The notes below the pieces were generated by a model. The model was not told where the DNA came from. It saw only the letters and a list, made by a program, of their open reading frames with translations, and made no database searches. From contig CAADHD010000025.1 of NCBI GenBank assembly GCA_900696575.1, positions 85,753-149,752 of the forward strand: DNA of 64,000 bases. The letters run 5' to 3'. Shown in pieces: positions 57,064-64,000 of this stretch (position 1 is its first letter; every line of letters begins with the position of its first letter). Origin of the DNA: an uncultured Bacteroidota bacterium (GTDB lineage Bacteria; Bacteroidota; Bacteroidia; AKYH767-A; OLB10). The position numbers were made by a program, and so were the translations under genes.

Positions 57064-58821
57064 TTACCATCTTTTCATTTTCTCCTTTTTTCCGGGCTTT
57101 GACGACCTGAACGGCCTGTCATCCTGTCTGGAAGAGCGAAATGGTCTGTCGTCCTGCCTGAATGATCTTCCTTTATTTCCGCCTCCTTCTCTTCGTCCTC
57201 TGCCTCCGCCTGCACCTGAAGGTGCATTGCCCGAATCAACACGAACCTTCCTGCCTTTGTAAACTTCGCCTGTAAACGATTCTATGAATAATGGCAGTTT
57301 CTGAACAGGAATATGCAGGAACGAATAAACTCCTTTAATAATAACATGAGATATCTCATCTGCTTTAATACCGCTAACCTCTTCGGCATACTTTCTCATG
57401 GATGAGTCATTAAATCCATCCATGCTTCCGAGGTTAATAAACACTTTGGCTCCATCTGCATAATTTTTACCTGCACCGGCTTTATCAGAATGTGCAATAT
57501 CTACATTCAAATCAGGAGCATGACGGTAATAATCCAGAAATCGGTTAAACTCAATGCTTACCATGCGGGTAATGAGTTCCTCCTTTTCGAGCATTGCCAG
57601 TTCATCCATTACGGATGGAAGGTATTTGGCAATACCGGCTTCATTCACTTTAACATCTTTAATTTTTTTAATTAACTTCATCAGTTGCTGCTCGCAAACT
57701 TCAACAGCACCCGGAACTTTTGAAAGATGGAATTTGGCATTAATCTTCTTTTCAATTTGCCTGATCTTACCCATCTCCTGACGGTTAACCAACACTGCCG
57801 ATATACCGGATTTGCCTGCTCTTGCCGTTCTGCCGCTGCGGTGAGCATAACTTTCGGCTTCATCGGGCAGATGATACTGAATAACATGCGTTACATCATC
57901 CACATCAATGCCGCGAGCGGCCACATCGGTGGCTACCAGAATCTGCAGCAACCGTGATCGGAAGCGGCTCATTACCTTATCGCGCTGCTGCTGGCTCAGA
58001 TCGCCATGCAACGAATCGGCATTATAGCCGTCTTTAATAAGGTTCTCTGCAATTTTCTGTGCATCGTGCTTAGTGCGGGCAAATACAATGGCAAAAATTT
58101 CAGGTGCTGCATCCAGTATTCTTTTCAAGGCAGCATAGCGGTCGCGTTCGTTTACTATGTAATAATGATGCTCAATGTTCTGTGCTGCTTCATTACGTCT
58201 GCCAATGGTAAGTTCATGCGGATTCTGCATGTACCTGTCGGCAATTCTTCTTATTTCTACGGGCATCGTGGCCGAAAAAAGCCAGACCCTTTTCTCCCCG
58301 GGAGTATGGCTCAGTATCTCTTCAATATCATCCTGAAAACCCATGTTCAGCATTTCATCAGCTTCATCAAGCACTACAAAGCGGATGGATTTGAGGTTTA
58401 TTACTTTTCGTTCAATCAAATCAATCAGCCGGCCCGGTGTAGCGGTAATTATCTGAGCTCCGCCTTTTATTTCGCGGATTTGTTTTTCCATACTGGCGCC
58501 ACCGTAAACAGCAGCAATTTTGAAATTCATGAATTTTGAAAACGATTCAAAATCTTTTGAAATCTGAACACACAACTCTCTGGTTGGGGCAAGCACTAAA
58601 GCCTGTACAGAATGCAGGTTCTCATCAAGCAGTTCGAGTAAAGGAAGGCCGAAGGCGGCTGTTTTTCCGGTGCCGGTTTGGGCAAGGCCGAGAAAATCTT
58701 GTTGGTTTTGTAATAATAAGGGAATGGCTTGTTGCTGAACAGGAGTAGGCGTTTCGAAACCAATCTCTTCGATTGCTTTCAGGACCCTGTCGCCAACTCC
58801 CAGTTCGCGGAAGGATGACAT
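57064..58821 (-). CDS. DEAD-box ATP-dependent RNA helicase (DeaD/CsdA-like) with a DbpA-type RNA-binding domain and an RGG/Arg-rich tail
   Basis: Q-motif, AQTGTGKT, DEAD, SAT and HRSGRTARAG motifs, and a C-terminal tail containing RQDDRPFRSS twice. Confidence 0.85.
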   Translation of the reverse strand: MSSFRELGVGDRVLKAIEEIGFETPTPVQQQAIPLLLQNQQDFLGLAQTGTGKTAAFGLPLLELLDENLHSVQALVLAPTRELCVQISKDFESFSKFMNFKIAAVYGGASMEKQIREIKGGAQIITATPGRLIDLIERKVINLKSIRFVVLDEADEMLNMGFQDDIEEILSHTPGEKRVWLFSATMPVEIRRIADRYMQNPHELTIGRRNEAAQNIEHHYYIVNERDRYAALKRILDAAPEIFAIVFARTKHDAQKIAENLIKDGYNADSLHGDLSQQQRDKVMSRFRSRLLQILVATDVAARGIDVDDVTHVIQYHLPDEAESYAHRSGRTARAGKSGISAVLVNRQEMGKIRQIEKKINAKFHLSKVPGAVEVCEQQLMKLIKKIKDVKVNEAGIAKYLPSVMDELAMLEKEELITRMVSIEFNRFLDYYRHAPDLNVDIAHSDKAGAGKNYADGAKVFINLGSMDGFNDSSMRKYAEEVSGIKADEISHVIIKGVYSFLHIPVQKLPLFIESFTGEVYKGRKVRVDSGNAPSGAGGGRGRREGGGNKGRSFRQDDRPFRSSRQDDRPFRSSKPGKKEKMKRW

Positions 58822-58969
58822 GTATTTTTTAAATTAAGGGGCGAAGGTAGTCATTTAATTCCGGTGACACTTTTTAATTGTACTCCTTAAGCATAAACCG
58901 ACCATAGCCGGCAAAACAATACTTTCTACTGACGGTTGTATTTTTACGCCCTGTTTACATCATCTATCA

Positions 58970-59506
58970 ATGACACAAATCGTTAAATCACCTCCCGGCT
59001 TTGAAGGTCCGGGGTTTTTCGCTACCAAACTTGATGAAGCTGTTGGTCTGGCACGTGCCAATTCGCTTTGGCCGTTGCCCTTTGCTACTTCCTGCTGCGG
59101 TATTGAATTTATGGCTACGATGGCTTCGCATTACGACTTTGCCCGTTTCGGAGCTGAGCGTTTGAGTTTCTCTCCGCGCCAGGCCGATTTACTGATGGTG
59201 ATGGGAACCATTGCTAAAAAGATGGGGCCTGTTCTAAGGCAGGTATATGAGCAGATGGCCGAACCGCGATGGGTGCTTTCTGTTGGCGCCTGTGCCAGCA
59301 GCGGTGGTATATTCGATACTTACAGCGTGCTGCAAGGTATTGACCGCATTATTCCGGTTGATGTTTATGTACCCGGCTGCCCGCCACGCCCCGAACAGAT
59401 TCTTGACGGAGTTATGCAGATTCAGAAATTGGTAAAAAGCGAAAGCATCCGCAGGCGCGATTCGTCTGAATATAAAGAGTTGTTGGCTTCTTATGGAATG
59501 CAATGA
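58970..59506 (+). CDS. nuoB: NADH-quinone oxidoreductase subunit B
   Basis: Fe-S cluster N2 ligands CCGIEF...GACASSGG...PGCPP. Confidence 0.9.
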   Translation: MTQIVKSPPGFEGPGFFATKLDEAVGLARANSLWPLPFATSCCGIEFMATMASHYDFARFGAERLSFSPRQADLLMVMGTIAKKMGPVLRQVYEQMAEPRWVLSVGACASSGGIFDTYSVLQGIDRIIPVDVYVPGCPPRPEQILDGVMQIQKLVKSESIRRRDSSEYKELLASYGMQ

Positions 59507-59681
59507 CAGTTTGTAGTGGGGAGTAATGGAGTTTGTAGTTGTTAGCAGTTTGAGTTTTCTCCTCTGTGCTTATGGAGGATGAGTTAGTAAAAGAAGGTGC
59601 GTTTGACTGTATGTTTGCAGGGATGTGTCATTTTCAATCTTAATTTTAATTTAAAACAATATCATTATTAAGAATACTTAC

Positions 59682-60179
59682 ATGTTCAACACCATAGACC
59701 CGGCAGAAATGCAGGCCATGCTCACCGAAAAGTTTGGTCATGATATCATCACCATCGAAAAACATTACGATGTTACCGTAACTACCGTAAAACTCGAAAA
59801 GTTAAAAGAGGTCATTACCCACCTCAAAGATTCCGGATTTACGTTTCTTACTTCGGCCTGCGGCATTCACTTTCCCGATGCCGAAGAACCCTTCGGAATG
59901 ATTTATCATCTGCACCATATGCCGCGAAACCTGCGCATCCGGATAAAAGCTTTTACCAAACACGATCCGCCACACTTCCCTACTATGACCGATATTTTTC
60001 CATCTGCCAACTGGATGGAACGCGAAGCTTATGATTTTTACGGCTTCCGTTTTGACGGTCATCCCCATCTGCGCAGAATTCTGAATGTTGACGATATGGA
60101 AGGCTTTCCCCTCCGCAAGGAATTTCCGCTTGAAGACCAGAACCGTTATGACAAGGATGATAAAATGTTCGGAAGATGA
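59682..60179 (+). CDS. nuoC: NADH-quinone oxidoreductase subunit C
   Basis: The 30-kDa subunit motif ERE[AV]YD[FM]YG. Confidence 0.85.
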   Translation: MFNTIDPAEMQAMLTEKFGHDIITIEKHYDVTVTTVKLEKLKEVITHLKDSGFTFLTSACGIHFPDAEEPFGMIYHLHHMPRNLRIRIKAFTKHDPPHFPTMTDIFPSANWMEREAYDFYGFRFDGHPHLRRILNVDDMEGFPLRKEFPLEDQNRYDKDDKMFGR

Positions 60180-60479
60180 ATCGAGATTAGGAATGTACGA
60201 TTCACCATTTGTGTTCTTCTGCCTGAAACTTTACTACAATACCCTCAGAAGATAAGGCAAACGACAAGAAAAACAGTCTCTCTCTGCCTTGTTACATCAC
60301 TGCGAGTGCTTCAAAAGCAAGGGCTGATGAAGCAACTAAGCAGTCTTATGAACCATTCCACCTATTAAAAATTCTAAATTCAACTCAATCTTGAATCATG
60401 CATTATGTACCATGAATCCTTAATCACTAAACCCGTTTCCATTGCCGGCATGACTTATTAAGAATGTTACTTTTGCCCC

Positions 60480-61676
60480 ATGCAATCCGACCTCATTCAA
60501 AAGGAATACACCACCCTCAACCTCGGCCCTACCCACCCCGCTACCCACGGCATTTTTCAGAATGTGCTTAAGATGGATGGCGAAATTATTATTGATGCCG
60601 AGCCCACGATAGGCTACATTCACCGTGCCTTCGAAAAATTAGCCGAGCGCAGGCCTTATGCCCAGATTACTCCCATAACCGACCGACTTAATTACTGCTC
60701 CTCGCCAATCAACAACATGGGCTGGCACATGACAGTAGAGAAACTTATTGGTGCCAAACTTCCTAAGCGTGTCGAATACCTCCGCGTTATCATTATGGAA
60801 CTGGCCCGAATATCAGACCATATCATCTGCAATTCTGTTATTGGTGTTGACAGCGGAGCCATGACCGGCTTCCTTTACATCTTCCAGTTCCGCGAACATA
60901 TATATGAAATTTACGAAGAGATTTGCGGAGCCAGACTTACTACCAACATCGGAAGAATCGGAGGCCTCGAACGCGATTTCTCTCAAAACGCATGGTCTAA
61001 AATTGAAAAACTGCTCAAAGAACTTCCGGCCGGCTTAAAGGAATTTGAAAAACTTCTTGTTCGCAACCGGATTTTTATGGATAGAACTATCGGCTGCGGG
61101 CCTATCTCTGCCGAACGCGCCTTGCAGTACTCCTTCACCGGCCCAAACCTGCGTGCTGCCGGTGTTGATTATGATGTGCGGGTGATGAACCCCTATTCTT
61201 CCTACGAAGAATTTGATTTTATCATCCCCGTTGGCACGCAGGGCGATACGTATGACCGCTTTATGGTTCGCCAGCAGGAAATGTGGGAAAGCCTCAGCAT
61301 CATTCGCCAGGCTATTGAAAAATTAGATAAGCTTGAAGACAAAACTTCCATCTGCGGTGATGTTCCTGAGTTTTATCTGCCACCTAAAGAAGATGTTTAC
61401 AATACCATGGAAGGGTTAATCTGGCATTTCAAAATTGTAATGGGAGAAACCGATGTTCCCACCGGTGAAGTGTATCATTGCGTTGAAGGCGGAAACGGTG
61501 AACTGGGTTATTACTTAGTAAGCGATGGCGGCCGTACACCTTACCGTTTACACATGCGCAGACCATGTTTTATTTACTATCAGGCTTATCCCGAAATGAT
61601 AAAAGGAAGCATGTTGAGTGATGCCATATTAACCATGAGTTCCATGAATGTGATAGCCGGAGAGTTAGATGCATAA
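60480..61676 (+). CDS. nuoD: NADH-quinone oxidoreductase subunit D
   Basis: 49-kDa subunit with N-terminal LNLGPTHPATHG and the C-terminal conserved region. Confidence 0.9.
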   Translation: MQSDLIQKEYTTLNLGPTHPATHGIFQNVLKMDGEIIIDAEPTIGYIHRAFEKLAERRPYAQITPITDRLNYCSSPINNMGWHMTVEKLIGAKLPKRVEYLRVIIMELARISDHIICNSVIGVDSGAMTGFLYIFQFREHIYEIYEEICGARLTTNIGRIGGLERDFSQNAWSKIEKLLKELPAGLKEFEKLLVRNRIFMDRTIGCGPISAERALQYSFTGPNLRAAGVDYDVRVMNPYSSYEEFDFIIPVGTQGDTYDRFMVRQQEMWESLSIIRQAIEKLDKLEDKTSICGDVPEFYLPPKEDVYNTMEGLIWHFKIVMGETDVPTGEVYHCVEGGNGELGYYLVSDGGRTPYRLHMRRPCFIYYQAYPEMIKGSMLSDAILTMSSMNVIAGELDA

Positions 61677-61682
61677 AAAATA

Positions 61683-62225
61683 ATGAACGTGAAAAAAGAA
61701 ATAGCCTTTTCGCCCGAAGCGCTGGCGCTGGTTCATAAGCTGCTGAGCCGCTACCCTGATGGCAAACAGAAGTCTGCTCTTTTGCCCATCCTTCACCTTG
61801 CCCAAACAGAATTTGACGGATGGCTCAGCCCCGAAGTAATGGACTATGTGGCTTGCCTTCTCAACATTCAACCGGTTGAAGTATATGAAGTAGCTTCGTT
61901 TTACTCTATGTTCAATCTTAAACCCGTTGGAAAATGTTTAATTGAAGTCTGCCGGACGGGTCCATGCTGGCTGATGGGTGCTGAAGATGTGGTTAAATAC
62001 ATTGAGAAAAAACTTGGCATCAAAGACGGGCAAACCACCCCCGATGGAATGTTTACGCTTAAAACGGTTGAATGCCTTGCGTCCTGTGGTACTGCGCCTA
62101 TGATGCAGATTGGCGAAACTTATCACGAAAACCTCACACCTGAAAAGATTGATGACATACTGGGCAATTACGAAATGCTTAACGAGCGCGTAACACACTG
62201 GGATAAAAAACACATCAAAGCCTGA
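61683..62225 (+). CDS. nuoE: NADH-quinone oxidoreductase subunit E (2Fe-2S)
   Basis: Cys ligands CRTGPC and CLASCGTAP. Confidence 0.85.
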   Translation: MNVKKEIAFSPEALALVHKLLSRYPDGKQKSALLPILHLAQTEFDGWLSPEVMDYVACLLNIQPVEVYEVASFYSMFNLKPVGKCLIEVCRTGPCWLMGAEDVVKYIEKKLGIKDGQTTPDGMFTLKTVECLASCGTAPMMQIGETYHENLTPEKIDDILGNYEMLNERVTHWDKKHIKA

Positions 62226-62227
62226 TT

Positions 62228-63553
62228 ATGCCGAAGAAACTTTTACTGAAACATCTTGAAGTACCGGGCATTCAATCGCTCGATGTTTACCGTCAACAGG
62301 GCGGATATGAAAACCTGAAGAAAGCGCTATCCATGGTGCCTGATGCCATTACCGAAGAAGTAAAAAAATCAGGATTGCGGGGTCGGGGCGGTGCAGGCTT
62401 TCCTACAGGAATGAAATGGAGTTTTCTGGCCAAACCTCCGGGTGTACCCCGTTATTTAGTATGCAATGCCGATGAATCGGAACCCGGAACTTTTAAAGAC
62501 CGTTACCTCATGCAGCGCATTCCTCATCTTTTGCTTGAAGGAATGATCATTTCAAGTTTTGCATTGGGAGCAAATACATCTTACATCTACATCCGCGGTG
62601 AACTGATGTACGTTTATCACATCCTGCAAAAAGCCATTGACGAATGTTACGCTGCCGGACTTCTGGGCAAAAACATCATGGGCAGCGATTATTCGCTCCA
62701 TCTGCATGTGCATTGCGGAGCAGGTGCTTACATCTGCGGTGAAGAAACTGCTTTGATAGAATCATTGGAAGGCAAGCGCGGCAACCCGCGCATAAAACCT
62801 CCTTTTCCGGCTGTGAAAGGATTATGGGGATGTCCTACTGTAGTGAATAATGTAGAAACCATTGCGGCAGTAGTTCCTATTATTGAAATGGGCGGTGATG
62901 CGTATGCTGCCATCGGAGTCGGTAAATCAACCGGAACAAAACTGATTTCTGCTTCGGGTCACATTAACAAGCCCGGTGTGTATGAAATTGAATTAGGCGT
63001 TCCGGTAGAAGAATTTATTTACAGCGATGAATACTGCGGTGGTGTCCGTAACGGAAACAAACTGAAAGCGGTGGTTGCAGGAGGCTCTTCCGTTCCTATC
63101 CTTCCCGGTGATTTGATTTTAAAAACAACCAAAGGCGAACCGCGTCTGATGACTTATGAAAGTCTTGCCGATGGCGGATTTCAATCTGGCACCATGCTTG
63201 GTTCGGGCGGATTTATTGTAATGGATGAAACTGCAAGCATTGTGAAAAACCTGTGGAACTTTACGCGCTTCTATCATCATGAATCGTGCGGTCAATGTTC
63301 ACCCTGCCGCGAAGGAACAGGATGGATGGAAAAAATTCTCCATAAAATTCTTGACGGACATGGCGAAATGAAAGACATTGATCTGTTGTGGGATATTCAG
63401 TCAAAGATTGAAGGAAAAACCATTTGTCCGCTGGGCGATGCTGCTGCCTGGCCTGTGGCTTCGGCCATCCGACATTTCAGGTACGAATTTGAAGAACTGA
63501 TTAAATCAGGCGGAAAGGTTAATCGCCCTGCTTACGCAACTCATGCAGGATGA
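62228..63553 (+). CDS. nuoF: NADH-quinone oxidoreductase subunit F (FMN, 4Fe-4S)
   Basis: NADH/FMN motif GRGGAGFPTG and the 4Fe-4S motif ESCGQCSPCREG. Confidence 0.9.
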   Translation: MPKKLLLKHLEVPGIQSLDVYRQQGGYENLKKALSMVPDAITEEVKKSGLRGRGGAGFPTGMKWSFLAKPPGVPRYLVCNADESEPGTFKDRYLMQRIPHLLLEGMIISSFALGANTSYIYIRGELMYVYHILQKAIDECYAAGLLGKNIMGSDYSLHLHVHCGAGAYICGEETALIESLEGKRGNPRIKPPFPAVKGLWGCPTVVNNVETIAAVVPIIEMGGDAYAAIGVGKSTGTKLISASGHINKPGVYEIELGVPVEEFIYSDEYCGGVRNGNKLKAVVAGGSSVPILPGDLILKTTKGEPRLMTYESLADGGFQSGTMLGSGGFIVMDETASIVKNLWNFTRFYHHESCGQCSPCREGTGWMEKILHKILDGHGEMKDIDLLWDIQSKIEGKTICPLGDAAAWPVASAIRHFRYEFEELIKSGGKVNRPAYATHAG

Positions 63554-64000
63554 TTTCTGCCATCCGCTCAGCCACTATTTTGCGGCCTGCGTTGCTGAGG
63601 TGAACATTATCTCTGAAAATATGTTCTTCCGTTCCGTCAAACACATCTGACAAATCGTAAAACGATGAATCGGTTTCCGCAGAGCCGGTAATCATATTCC
63701 TCAGCATTTCAACATGCTGCTTCTCTCCTGCTCTTGATTCTGCAAAATTTCTTTCATCATCAGAAAGATTTTGTTTTGAATACACCGTTGGCTGAAAAAA
63801 AGTCATAAATCGTATGTTCATCAACCGGCATTGATTGTTTGTTTTCTGTTCATTACCAAGATAAACGTCAGCAATATCCTTTCTCCATTCTTCAGTTTGA
63901 TATCCCGCTTTAATACGCAGTGAAGTCTGCCTTGAAATTTTTTCAGCAAGGTATTTTTTTGCCAACAGTCTGAACAAGTTGCTTTTGTAAGCAAACAGTG
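63519..64000 (-). CDS. SGNH/GDSL-hydrolase-like protein, C-terminal part (the frame is open to the window edge, so the true start lies beyond nt 64000)
   Basis: C-terminal block-V-like motif DNVHLSNAG. The track start at 63977 is a TTG with no upstream in-frame stop inside the window. It overlaps the nuoF 3' end convergently. Confidence 0.4.
   Translation of the reverse strand, partial: LFAYKSNLFRLLAKKYLAEKISRQTSLRIKAGYQTEEWRKDIADVYLGNEQKTNNQCRLMNIRFMTFFQPTVYSKQNLSDDERNFAESRAGEKQHVEMLRNMITGSAETDSSFYDLSDVFDGTEEHIFRDNVHLSNAGRKIVAERMAEIILHELRKQGD

Noticed and set aside
60420-60623. A 67-aa minus-strand ORF in the nuoC-nuoD spacer, overlapping the nuoD start
   Set aside because: It has no motif, it overlaps the strongly supported nuoD N-terminus in antisense, and its Gly/Val-rich content is typical of random frames. 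The spacer is better treated as non-coding.
1-64000. Mobile elements, CRISPR arrays, prophage, rRNA and tRNA genes
   Set aside because: No transposase, integrase, recombinase, Cas or phage-structural ORFs are present. No array of regularly spaced direct repeats was seen. Intergenic regions are short (mostly under 150 nt) and none shows a tRNA-like cloverleaf on visual inspection. A tRNAscan or Infernal run would be the decisive check.

Overview
This 64-kb window looks like a Bacteroidota chromosome segment, probably Chitinophagia or Sphingobacteriia. The evidence is three secreted proteins with T9SS C-terminal sorting domains, a complete Bat aerotolerance operon, and TAnnTTTG-type -7 promoter boxes. 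Gene density is high and no transposase, integrase, CRISPR array, rRNA or tRNA was recognisable by eye. Most of the window is core metabolism. That includes ftsH-cdsA, a cysC-cysD-cysN-cysQ operon, tilS, pyrD, coaD-rsmD, dapB, the trmD-rplS pair, nuoB-F, a thiolase and a DEAD-box helicase. The outstanding element is a single 6.7-kb gene (15801..22532) encoding a 2243-aa hybrid NRPS-PKS with the domain order A-T-KS-AT(malonyl)-ACP-aminotransferase. It has no condensation, reductive or thioesterase domain and no neighbouring tailoring, transport or PPTase genes. A by-eye specificity code for its adenylation domain (DVQFIAHVIK) is closest to proline codes. Other points worth a second look follow. 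First, a DtxR-family regulator sits upstream of an MntH-Usp fusion and an outer-membrane barrel, with operator-like repeats over the promoter. Second, a minus-strand operon encodes a lipoprotein with a heavy-metal-binding domain, a Cys-rich small protein and a TonB-dependent receptor. Third, a divergent HxlR-family regulator and DJ-1/reductase module carries a perfect palindrome in its intergenic region. Fourth, a 1442-aa M4 peptidase secreted via T9SS contains three tandem 73-aa repeats. Fifth, the nuo cluster starts at nuoB without nuoA and has a 300-nt nuoC-nuoD spacer. Coordinates for gene starts that the ORF track calls from TTG or upstream Met codons have been adjusted where a signal-peptide Met is evident.
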